From positions 1 through 64,000 of the IMG/VR virus record IMGVR_UViG_3300021256_000074: a DNA stretch of 64,000 bases; one strand, 5' to 3'. Below the pieces are notes generated by a model. It was given only the letters and a program-made list of their open reading frames with translations, was not told where the DNA came from and did not search any database. Both the position numbers and the translations under genes were made by a program. This document shows, piece by piece, positions 18,075-26,543 of this stretch (within the stretch, counting starts at the first letter, position 1; each line of letters starts with the position of its first letter). Source of the DNA: a virus (lineage: Duplodnaviria; Caudoviricetes).

Positions 18075-19520
18075 TTATGCGTTTTTTCCTTCGCCAGGCT
18101 TCTCCTCTGTGGCAGGTGCCTTCTCCAGCTCAGTCACGTTGGCTTCTGAGAAGTCAACCAACTGTTCCATAGCTGGCAGGAACATGTTGCAGATGATACC
18201 TACGTACTGATGCAGGTTGTGGACCAGATTCTCCTGTTCCATCTCCTTAGCCTTTATGCCAGGATAGTACGTCTCAAGAATCTTGGAACCCATCATGCGG
18301 GCAAACTTGTAACCCTCACGCGAGCTGTCCTTGTAGTCGTCGGGGAACGCGTCGATGATATCGCGGCTAGGCATGTTGACGAAGGTAACAACCTCCTCAA
18401 TGTCTTCGATATACTTCTTTGCAGAAGCAATCTTATCCTCACCCTGCTTAATCGCAGTAGCGTTCTTCTTGGCGTCCTTCTTGAGAGCCTCGAGATTCTT
18501 GTGATAGCCGTCTATCAGCTCGTTTGCAGTCTGAATCTCAGAGTCTGCATACCAGCGAACCAAGACCTTCACGATGTCGGCGACAAGCGTGTCGTCTATC
18601 TGAGGCATGCCGGTGGTCTTGTTCAGAGAAGCGTTGCGCATCATACAGAAGGAAACCACAGGATTCTTCGTACGCTGCACATTCTCGAACAGCATCTTTG
18701 CCATACCACCAACGGTAAAGGTACACTTACCGAGCAGATGAGCAATCTCAGAGAGGAAATCGCAGCGGCTTTTCTGCTTAAGAGCGGCCAGAGCTTCTTC
18801 TTTGTTCTCTTCTTTACTTGCCTGCAGGCTACGATACGATTCGTAGAAGTTGATAGCGGTGGACACCTTGTCGTAGAAACTCTCGTTACCACCGTTGCCC
18901 TTGACGAGGATGTGCAACAGAGACTCCTTCAGCTGGTCATCGTTCTCGATCTTTGTGGGATCGTTGATAACCTTCTTCTCGGCAGCGGCACGCTCTTCAG
19001 CAGCCTTCTGCTTGACCTCCTTAGAGGGCTTTATTGCGGTTGAAGGAAGTTCTATCACACCTTCGTCGTTAGGCTCGGGCAGGGCCTTCATGTCGATGTT
19101 GACGTTGAGGGCACTGGCTGCCTCAAGCAGCTTCTCGAGCTGTGTACGACGCATTGCGATTGCAAACGGAGTCTGCGCGATAGAAACCTCGTTGACGAGC
19201 ATAGCCACCATACCGACAGCAGTGATCTCGTTGATCTTGTCAACGCTCTCCTGCGAGATGTTATAGCGCTTTGCTGCCTCCTTGTCGTCGAAGAATCGCT
19301 TGTCCAGGAGGTGCAAGAGATCCTCGGTGTGGTTTGGATCGAGACCAGCGAGTGCACGAGTCTGTGCGAGCTTGTCAAGATCACCAAGCTGTATTACAGC
19401 TATTTTGTCGTTTGCGGACTTACCGGCGGCTGCGCCAGTCTTTCCTGTCTCAGGAGCAGCCTGCTGTGCTGCTGCCTGCTGTGCTGCACTCTGAGCAGCG
19501 TTTTTCTTATTCTTTCCCAT
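18075..19520 (-). CDS. Hypothetical protein (481 aa, probably highly expressed)
   Basis: Strong codon bias; TTATCAAAATG start context. Confidence 0.88.
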   Translation of the reverse strand: MGKNKKNAAQSAAQQAAAQQAAPETGKTGAAAGKSANDKIAVIQLGDLDKLAQTRALAGLDPNHTEDLLHLLDKRFFDDKEAAKRYNISQESVDKINEITAVGMVAMLVNEVSIAQTPFAIAMRRTQLEKLLEAASALNVNIDMKALPEPNDEGVIELPSTAIKPSKEVKQKAAEERAAAEKKVINDPTKIENDDQLKESLLHILVKGNGGNESFYDKVSTAINFYESYRSLQASKEENKEEALAALKQKSRCDFLSEIAHLLGKCTFTVGGMAKMLFENVQRTKNPVVSFCMMRNASLNKTTGMPQIDDTLVADIVKVLVRWYADSEIQTANELIDGYHKNLEALKKDAKKNATAIKQGEDKIASAKKYIEDIEEVVTFVNMPSRDIIDAFPDDYKDSSREGYKFARMMGSKILETYYPGIKAKEMEQENLVHNLHQYVGIICNMFLPAMEQLVDFSEANVTELEKAPATEEKPGEGKNA

Positions 19521-19595
19521 TTTGATAATGTTTTTAAGAATGTAGATACTGTGTGGTTGGCTAGACCACTTAGCTGTGCCAATGGATTACTATCT

Positions 19596-20018
19596 TCATC
19601 CATCATGATGTGTTGAAGAAACCTTCGTTAAGCATTCCGGCGGTTTTGTAAGTGTTTTTGTTGGTTGGTCTCGAGTTCTCCCGAAGACCTTACTTGAAAT
19701 AGCAGAAGTCTCGTGTTCTTCAGGTGTGAATGCCTGAACCGCAGATTCTAAAGCTGTCACCTTTGTGGGCGTCAACGATGTATCTGCCAAAAGGTAAACA
19801 ATACTGTTACCTGATACAACCGTTGGCATCTGCGTGGGACACACCTGCACGAGATTCTCACTACTTCGTTCATTACCGATGGTACGAGTGACCATTACGG
19901 TTGCTGCATATCCTAAGATGAAGGATATAGCAAGCTGCCAGAAAAGCTTATTGCTCTTGTTATAGCGAGCTATTCCAAAAGCTAAGGCCATTCCTAAAAT
20001 GAACCACAGTAGGATCAT
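19596..20018 (-). CDS. Membrane protein translationally coupled to the sigma factor
   Basis: Two N-terminal hydrophobic segments; ATGA overlap with sigma stop. Confidence 0.75.
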   Translation of the reverse strand: MILLWFILGMALAFGIARYNKSNKLFWQLAISFILGYAATVMVTRTIGNERSSENLVQVCPTQMPTVVSGNSIVYLLADTSLTPTKVTALESAVQAFTPEEHETSAISSKVFGRTRDQPTKTLTKPPECLTKVSSTHHDG

Positions 20019-20581
20019 GTTTTGATGTTTAATGATTTTTTAACTTTGCGTCGGGTTCTTGACAGCATAGACTTTACAGTCCCTACTGGAACCCTCAGCG
20101 ATTTACCGATTTGTTCTACAGTCATATTATTCACATAGAAGAGTTTGCATACCTTACGAGTGGTATCCGGAAACTTGTCAAACTCAGCAAGTAAATGTTC
20201 GTAAGTTAGACGGTTGACAATGTCGTCTTCTGACGAACCACTTGTCTCTTCTAATGGCAGTCTACCATCAGCTTCTCCAAGTACATTGCTTTTGTTCTTC
20301 ATTTCTCGCAAATAATCAATTGCAGTTCGGTTGGCAATAGTTCTCAGCCATCCTCCAAAGGAGTCATAAGCTGTGAACAATGAGAGTTTATTGTGCACTT
20401 TTAAGAACACGATGTTTGTAACATCTTTCGCCTCGTCCATATCTTTTATATACTGAAAGAGTAAGTTATCAACAAACCCTTTGTATCTGTGGAACAGTGC
20501 ACTGAAAGCAGATTCATCACCTGCTTGCGCTCTTTTGATAAGAGTAATCTCTTCGGAAGTAATTCGGGGATTTTTACTCAT
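20015..20581 (-). CDS. ECF-family RNA polymerase sigma factor
   Basis: AQAGDESAF, EAKDVT-x-x-VFLK, FGGWLRTIA-x-RTAIDYLR (region 2); EQIGKSL-x-x-PVGTVKSMLSR (region 4). Confidence 0.92.
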   Translation of the reverse strand: MSKNPRITSEEITLIKRAQAGDESAFSALFHRYKGFVDNLLFQYIKDMDEAKDVTNIVFLKVHNKLSLFTAYDSFGGWLRTIANRTAIDYLREMKNKSNVLGEADGRLPLEETSGSSEDDIVNRLTYEHLLAEFDKFPDTTRKVCKLFYVNNMTVEQIGKSLRVPVGTVKSMLSRTRRKVKKSLNIKT

Positions 20582-20669
20582 ACCAAACAAATAGAATTAA
20601 GTAACGATAGAGTACACTACCGAGTGGTTATTAACCTCAAATGAGATATAACAGACACTAGCTGTATAG

Positions 20670-20743
20670 CACGCCAGGATGGATTCAAACCATCGACCTC
20701 CCATGTTTGGTGTATGGGCGCTCTGTCGCTGAGCTACTGACGC
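20670..20743 (-). tRNA. tRNA-Trp(CCA)-like with expanded 9-nt anticodon loop
   Basis: Acceptor GCGTCAG/CTGGCGT; D arm GCTC/GAGC; CCCAT-ACACCAAAC-ATGGG; T arm GATGG-TTTGAAT-CCATC. Confidence 0.65.
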
Positions 20744-20886
20744 TGTCCCGTCGGACAATTCTGCTACGCACGGATATGGTATCGTTCTGTATCTTCTGCA
20801 TGCCCCACTGCTGCATAGCATAGAGCCCTGCTGGAATACCAATCCAGGTGAGTTTGTTAAGGCAGTTCACTCTGCGGTTTTCAGGG

Positions 20887-21261
20887 CTAAAAAGGTAAAT
20901 CCTCAGTATATATGTCACCAAGAATTTCCCTTATACGCGACGTCATCCGTCTATGATACTCTATAGCCATTTCTTTACTAAGTATTCCTTCATCCACATA
21001 CTTGTTCATCATGTTTGTAGCGATTCGTACTCTGACTCCAATCCATTGTGTATTAGAATTGTACTTCGTTTTTGGCAGTTTGAACAGTATGTTGCGGTTT
21101 ACCCAGTCAAGAATGTTTATTATTTTTGGCTTAAGTATATATAACGGCTCGTCTTCAGATCCAGCAAATAGCAACCGTGTATAGTTACCACCTGCGCATT
21201 GTTCTAGCATCTTAATTTTTGCAGATGCTTTTAAATCAGTATTGGAAAATACACTAAACAT
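20887..21261 (-). CDS. Hypothetical protein with SSB-like -EDLPF tail
   Basis: 124 aa; ends at TAG. Confidence 0.75.
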   Translation of the reverse strand: MFSVFSNTDLKASAKIKMLEQCAGGNYTRLLFAGSEDEPLYILKPKIINILDWVNRNILFKLPKTKYNSNTQWIGVRVRIATNMMNKYVDEGILSKEMAIEYHRRMTSRIREILGDIYTEDLPF

Positions 21262-21269
21262 AATCTAAC

Positions 21270-21767
21270 TTAGATACGCCCTTCAAAACATTTTATTAAG
21301 AAATCAACAAGATTATCTACATACTTGTATTTAGCCTGTTTTTCTTCCTCAGACATTGTTTCTGAAGGCAATAGTGTACTTAAGTAGCCATTGATAAGTT
21401 CAACTTTAATATCAAACTCATCTTTTCCTACTTTACGAGAGATTTGGTACGCATTTTCCATATATGCGTACTTCTTTCTGAACCACTTAACCCACGAAGA
21501 TACTCGAGTCCAATACTCTTTCTCTTCTGGCATCAAGTTGTCCCAATCAATACTTTTATCAAACTCAAAATTCCTATAAAACTTAGCAATGCCAAGTATA
21601 ATTCTCGTAGCATGTTTTCGTTCATTGTTATCACAATAGAATTTTATGAAATTGACATAAGCATGATCAACCCACTTCTCTTTGGCTTTCTGCCATTTGA
21701 GAGCATAGTCTACTACTTTAGGACACCTGTCCCTCAGCATGGCTTTGTATCCAGTTGTTTTTCGCAT
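21270..21767 (-). CDS. Hypothetical protein
   Basis: Start moved to ATG 21767 because the longer ORF overlaps the tmRNA and a mini-tRNA. Confidence 0.75.
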   Translation of the reverse strand: MRKTTGYKAMLRDRCPKVVDYALKWQKAKEKWVDHAYVNFIKFYCDNNERKHATRIILGIAKFYRNFEFDKSIDWDNLMPEEKEYWTRVSSWVKWFRKKYAYMENAYQISRKVGKDEFDIKVELINGYLSTLLPSETMSEEEKQAKYKYVDNLVDFLIKCFEGRI

Positions 21768-21780
21768 GTTTGTTATGTTT

Positions 21781-21829
21781 TGGGGTGAGGTGGGGATTCG
21801 AACCCCATAGCCCATGCAGCTCCTCACCC
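21781..21829 (-). ncRNA. Mini tRNA-like element (acceptor plus T arm)
   Basis: GGGTGAGG/CCTCACCC stem; TGGGG-TTCGAAT-CCCCA T arm; small AGC/GCT hairpin. Confidence 0.65.
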
Positions 21830-21839
21830 ATTCCCACTT

Positions 21840-22140
21840 TGGTAGGTCTAGGTCAACCGACTTCACGCTGCCTCCTGGAGGCCCGTGTAGTCTGCAATGT
21901 TATTATTGCCGTTTAAATTTATATCAGAGCGCTTGTCTTACGACTGTCTTACTTTCTGCTGCCGTCTAAACCGGTCAAGCCCAAATATGCCGGTTTTAGT
22001 TAATATTTTATGTGGATACCCCGACACCGGCAAACGTCCGCTCCACTCAGTACCCAAGTTCTCTGTACCGAAGTGGACCTGGAGGGAGTCGAACCCTCGT
22101 CCGAACAGCTTATCCTCAGACACGCTAAGATTCTTGTTGT
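21840..22140 (-). ncRNA. ssrA: Circularly permuted (two-piece) tmRNA gene, tag peptide GNNNIADYTGLQEAA
   Basis: 3' module GGACGAGGGTTCGACTCCCTCCAGGTCCA (~22102-22074) lies upstream of 5' module GGGCTTGACCGGTTTAGACGGC (from 21982); acceptor GGGCTTG/CAGGTCC has G3:U70; tag ORF 21910-21863 ends AA-TGA; outer boundaries approximate. Confidence 0.88.
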
Positions 22141-22284
22141 GAACATCTTGATGATCAGTCAAAACGTTCGATTTAAGGCTATTTAAAGCCGTTCTAAGAC
22201 GTTTTCTCTACTCTCATGGATAGCTGGTCCACTTAAGCTTTAAAGACGCTTAAAAACAAACTTTTCAATACTCTTAAATAAGGT

Positions 22285-22660
22285 TGATACAGTGGTCTAT
22301 TACTGGCTCGAGGCTCTCAATAGGTTGTATCTGCATTCTTGAAATCACTATGCATCGGGTTTAAATCACTCTTAGTTTCATAATTACCGATGGGCTCGAG
22401 GCTCTCCATAGTTCGTGATTTTGATCAAATGACTTCATATTATTACCCGTGAAGTCGGGTTCAATCATCCCATAGTACTGGCTCAAGGCTCTGCCTATGT
22501 GCAGTTAATTCTGCTTTTTAGAAGTTGCGAGTGTCGATACCTGTCGACTCATCGTGATTATCCGTTTATAATACCGATAATCTACATAGTCGCCCCCCAT
22601 AACGTAGTCTGCTACTTCTGTTGTTTATAGAGTATTGGCTCAAGGCTCTGACTCTATAGA
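22285..22660 (-). ncRNA. Non-coding locus with four hairpins displaying AGAGCCT(T/C)GAGCC
   Basis: Motif at 22304-22317, 22392-22405, 22479-22492, 22636-22649, each in the loop of a stem of different sequence. Confidence 0.6.
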
Positions 22661-22681
22661 TGATGTGATCCTTTGTTGGTA

Positions 22682-23344
22682 CTACCAACGTGAACCTGAC
22701 TCGAGACCGTCCATAGTGACGATCTTCAAGTTATACGCCCAGTCTGAGCGCCAGTATTCACCAGCTGCCATCTTGATGGTCTTCACCTCCTCGATGTGCT
22801 TGTCCTCGATAGCCTTCTTCTTCTCAGTCAGCTTCTTCTCGAGCTTCTCAACGCCCTTGTCGAACTCGATGTACGAGATGATGGGCGGGACGCTATCGCC
22901 GACCTTGAATTCCTTGGCCTCGCGCTTGCCGTTGGCGTCGGGCACCTGGATGGTGAGAGTCTTCTTCTTCTCATCGAGAGTTTCCAGCTCCAGGATATCA
23001 TCCTTGGTACGAGCGAACTCATCGACAATCTGATCGGTTACAGTGAAACCGAGCAGGAATCGCTGAAGGCGGCCAAGCTGGCGAATGTTGTACGTGGACA
23101 TTTCGTTGTAGTCGCTGGACTTGCGCTTGTGCACCAGACTCATGCCCACAACGTAGGCAATCTTGTTGTAGCGGCGCTTGGTCTCAGCAATGACCGTCTT
23201 GTCCTTTTCTTCTTTAATCTCTGCGTTCATCTTGTCTACCATATCGGTTGACATGATGTTGCCGGCCTTAGCCTGATCGATTACATTCTCAGGTGTGAGA
23301 GCTACAGGAGTCTTGCCCTGCTGGTTTTTGTTTTCTTTTGCCAT
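22682..23344 (-). CDS. Hypothetical protein (probably highly expressed)
   Basis: 220 aa, strong codon bias, TTATCAAAATG context, TAG stop. Confidence 0.85.
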   Translation of the reverse strand: MAKENKNQQGKTPVALTPENVIDQAKAGNIMSTDMVDKMNAEIKEEKDKTVIAETKRRYNKIAYVVGMSLVHKRKSSDYNEMSTYNIRQLGRLQRFLLGFTVTDQIVDEFARTKDDILELETLDEKKKTLTIQVPDANGKREAKEFKVGDSVPPIISYIEFDKGVEKLEKKLTEKKKAIEDKHIEEVKTIKMAAGEYWRSDWAYNLKIVTMDGLESGSRW

Positions 23345-23380
23345 TTTGATAATGTTTTAAATTGTTTATAACTATGTTTA

Positions 23381-23408
23381 AAAGCGGAGGGGTGGCACCC
23401 CCCGCTTT
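23381..23408. terminator. Intrinsic terminator-like hairpin
   Basis: AAAGCGG-AGGGGTGGCACCC-CCGCTTT. Confidence 0.55.
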
Positions 23409-23527
23409 ATTCTTCATCTTCCCATTTACGCTTGTCCCGCTTATAAGGAACAGCATTTGCATGCCGTCCATTAGCTGGTTTAAAGCGAATGGTTTTTGAG
23501 CCTTTTACTTGTCCGTGACACATAATC

Positions 23528-24046
23528 CTAAGCGAATTGATTGTGAATTTGTTTTATCACGTCAACAACACTTTTAGAGAAGTGCCACTTCTTAGCAAAG
23601 GATGCAGGAACTTCTGCACTTGTAGTCGCAATCAACTCTACTGCGTTGATAAGAGCTTTATCGTCTGCGTCAACGCAAAGAATGTTGAAGGAGGCATTGC
23701 TGCGAGCTTTGCTCAGTGCAGACTGCAACTCCAATGCGAACGGCACAAGATTTCCTGCCTTAGCATTCGTAAGCGAAGCTTCGAATCGCTTACCAATATA
23801 GATGATAGCCTGCCTTATGGCTTCAGCAACCTTATCATCTGTAATGTCGAATTTTATTGTTGAGACACCGTTTGCCTCACGAATGAGGCACTGTGACAGA
23901 CCTTCTTGGTCTTTGTACACGATCTTCAACATTTCGGGGATAGTGACGTTATTCGACACCAAAACGTCACCGATTTTCCCTATCAGATGATCGGGAATGT
24001 CGTTGCCGGTCCATAGAATGACCAGCGCGTTTTTGTTACCTAACAT
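23528..24046 (-). CDS. Hypothetical protein
   Basis: Likely ATG 24046 overlapping the upstream stop; TAG stop. Confidence 0.8.
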   Translation of the reverse strand: MLGNKNALVILWTGNDIPDHLIGKIGDVLVSNNVTIPEMLKIVYKDQEGLSQCLIREANGVSTIKFDITDDKVAEAIRQAIIYIGKRFEASLTNAKAGNLVPFALELQSALSKARSNASFNILCVDADDKALINAVELIATTSAEVPASFAKKWHFSKSVVDVIKQIHNQFA

Positions 24047-24593
24047 AGCTTTCAGTCTTTTTGATTTGTACTTTCTTTGGAACACCGTTAATCGTGTCCG
24101 TCCGATACTGATACTCTGTAGATATCACGTCTTCTTCGCGCCTATTGCCAAGGTCTGTCGAGCTTAGATCAACCTTTTGCGACACATTTGCAGACTGTGA
24201 TGTTGTAGCAGGAAGATTATCGTACACTGTACTGTTCGCTCGATACTCTTCTACAATCGACTTTTTGGTCGCACAGCCGTCGCGGTTAATCACTACTGTG
24301 GAGACGTTCCTTACCTGTTCGTCCGTGAGAGCAGAGAAGATGGAGTCTATCTTAACTCCTTGATCTGCCTGATAACGGTAGAGGATTACCTCTTTTACCG
24401 TTTCGAACACAGGATTTGCGATTGCCTCTACCTGCTGGGCAACCAACACACTGTCTGATGCTTTGTCGTAATTGTCAGGATACGACACGAGCCTGTCACA
24501 TGAAGTCAGTGTACAGGCACCGACTACTGCGAGGGTTAGGGCAATCATGTAGACGCCCAAAAACCGTTTGAAGTTCTTTGATTTCTCCTTCAT
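24036..24593 (-). CDS. Putative lipoprotein
   Basis: Basic N-terminus, hydrophobic stretch, LTSC lipobox. Confidence 0.75.
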   Translation of the reverse strand: MKEKSKNFKRFLGVYMIALTLAVVGACTLTSCDRLVSYPDNYDKASDSVLVAQQVEAIANPVFETVKEVILYRYQADQGVKIDSIFSALTDEQVRNVSTVVINRDGCATKKSIVEEYRANSTVYDNLPATTSQSANVSQKVDLSSTDLGNRREEDVISTEYQYRTDTINGVPKKVQIKKTESYVR

Positions 24594-24639
24594 TTTGATA
24601 ACTTTTAGAGAATTTATAACTTATAGTTTTGCCCAGTCT

Positions 24640-24858
24640 TTAAAAGGAAGACTTGGAAAAGACCTTTTGTGGAAACTGGAATTCACCATACATTTTCGCA
24701 CATTTTTCGTTATTGAAAAGCCGCACTATACTACACGGCTTCATCAAATTATGCTTTTTGTGATAGTCAATACAACGTCCACATACGCATACTGTTTTTT
24801 TACTTGTACGGTATACATTCCCGTCACGTAATGTGATTAATGTCCCTGGCTTGTACAT
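24640..24858 (-). CDS. Small Cys-rich hypothetical protein
   Basis: 72 aa, MYKPGTLITL start, C-x-x-C. Confidence 0.55.
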   Translation of the reverse strand: MYKPGTLITLRDGNVYRTSKKTVCVCGRCIDYHKKHNLMKPCSIVRLFNNEKCAKMYGEFQFPQKVFSKSSF

Positions 24859-25060
24859 TTACCACTGTTTTTTGATTTTTAACTACTAGTTTTACATTCA
24901 GTCTTTAAGGAAGACTTGGAAAAGACCTTAATTTTACTCCCATATGTAAGATGGGTTGCACGTCTTGTCGTCGAATCCACGGCATAAAGATATGTTTATC
25001 ATAAGTATACACCCAAGAGTTCGATTAAGACCGTCAAGACAAGCGTAGTTGATCAACTCG

Positions 25061-25546
25061 TCATAGTCCATCGCTTTTGATTTTTTTAACCATGTTTCTA
25101 ATGATGGTCTGTGCACCAGGTTTAAACTTGTGCAAAGGCACACCGCACACGAGCTTATCATGAGCTGATTCTCTTATTGCATCCTTTATTAACTCGGTTT
25201 TATCCTCTGTTTTAGCATTGTCGCAATCTACCAATGTTTCATCTTTCGCATTGGCGAGGTGCATGATTGCAGGTAATAATGAAATACCTTTTATCAATGC
25301 CTTTACCTCTTCATACGTCAATACAGAGATTTCTCCAGTTTTTACAGCATGAACAAGAAAATGCTCAGTGTCATGAGAGTCTTGTACGATTGACACGTCA
25401 CCGTCGCTATGCAAAGCTACGTGATTTGACACTCGTAAAATCCGATGGTTCATAGTATAATATGTCGAATTCTTCGACTTATTACACCCAATTTTTTTGG
25501 CTTTGGCGTATCGCTCTAACCAACGTTCTAACTTTGTTTTTGTCAT
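25061..25546 (-). CDS. Hypothetical protein
   Basis: Start moved to ATG 25546 (TTATCAAAATG); the longer ORF overlaps tRNA-Glu; STYY...LRVSNH motif. Confidence 0.78.
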   Translation of the reverse strand: MTKTKLERWLERYAKAKKIGCNKSKNSTYYTMNHRILRVSNHVALHSDGDVSIVQDSHDTEHFLVHAVKTGEISVLTYEEVKALIKGISLLPAIMHLANAKDETLVDCDNAKTEDKTELIKDAIRESAHDKLVCGVPLHKFKPGAQTIIRNMVKKIKSDGL

Positions 25547-25565
25547 TTTGATAATGATTTTTTTG

Positions 25566-25637
25566 TAGTCCATAGCAGAGTCGGACTGCTCTTTAGAGAA
25601 TGAAAATCTCTCGTCCTTACCGATAGACGAATGGACC
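25566..25637 (-). tRNA. tRNA-Glu(TTC)
   Basis: GGTCCAT/ATGGACT acceptor; AGAGA-TTTTCAT-TCTCT; T arm AGCAG-TCCGACT-CTGCT. Confidence 0.88.
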
Positions 25638-25642
25638 ATGTT

Positions 25643-25675
25643 AAAAAACACAACTATTCTCACGAACTGTTGTGT
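25643..25675 (-). terminator. GNRA-capped terminator family member
   Basis: ACACAAC-AGTTCGTGAGAATA-GTTGTGT followed by a T run. Confidence 0.7.
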
Positions 25676-25764
25676 CAAAAAGATTACAGCGAAAATCTTC
25701 TTTACTAAATAAGAAAACTAAAATACCACAAAAATGAAAAAAAAATGACCACGCTTGGCCATTG

Positions 25765-25838
25765 TGGACCAGGTAGGGCTTGAACCTACGACCTCCAGAT
25801 TATGAGTCTGTTGCTCTGACCAACTGAGCTACAAGTCC
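25765..25838 (-). tRNA. tRNA with CAT anticodon (probably Ile2, possibly Met)
   Basis: GGACTTGTAGCTCAGTTGGTCAGAGC...CAGA-CTCATAA-TCTG...GTAGG-TTCAAGC-CCTAC. Confidence 0.9.
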
Positions 25839-26543
25839 ATTGTGCTGTTCTCATGTGCGGAATACGACAACCTAACTTTTCCATCCACACAATCTTCCGG
25901 TACAGCACTAAACCCTTAACAAAAACATCCTACACGGCAGCTCTTATAAACGCGCTTAGCTGCCAACCTCCACACCAATCCTCGGATGTGTTTGATAAGA
26001 GAATGTGTATCAGCATACACGTCCACAGCTCCTCCCTTCTGCGTGTTAGCTTGTCTGTTGGAGTTGTATTTGTCCACATTCTCTCTTTTGAACTCACAGT
26101 TGCACTTACGGCGTACACTAGACAAGAGTCTTGTGACTGTGAGTGGACCTAACTGAGTCTGCTTGAAATGCCTTTCAGATTGTCCTTTTGTTGTGTACAC
26201 CCTCTCCCCATTGGTCAAAATAGTAGGTTGGACCAGTATCCAACACCTTTTCTGGATTTTCTATAATGACTGGCAGGCCTTGAGGTTTCCTGCTATCTGG
26301 TGGGTTCTATGTACTAAACTACGGGGAACCACTTTTGCAAGCAGTTCCCCAAAGTGATATGAACGGGTCAGGGGACCCGTATTAGTATTATTCCATGAAT
26401 GTCACAGTTTATCTTCCGTTGTGAACGGAAGTCTGTGATTTCTGGACACATGTCGATACTATTAAGTGCACATCCTGTACACCCGTACGTTCTTTTCTTA
26501 GCACGATATACTACATTGTTAATCGTGCACAATTGTCCTGGTT

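Noticed and set aside
11762-19043. Long plus-strand ORFs 11762-12712 and 18210-19043
   Set aside because: Antisense shadows of codon-biased minus-strand genes
21768-22162. N-terminal extension of the 21270 ORF and ORFs 21938-22162 and 21897-22142
   Set aside because: They overlap the tmRNA and mini-tRNA structures
22304-22649. CRISPR array interpretation of the repeated motif
   Set aside because: Repeats are only 14 nt, spacing is about 88, 87 and 157 bp, flanks form stems, and no cas genes are visible
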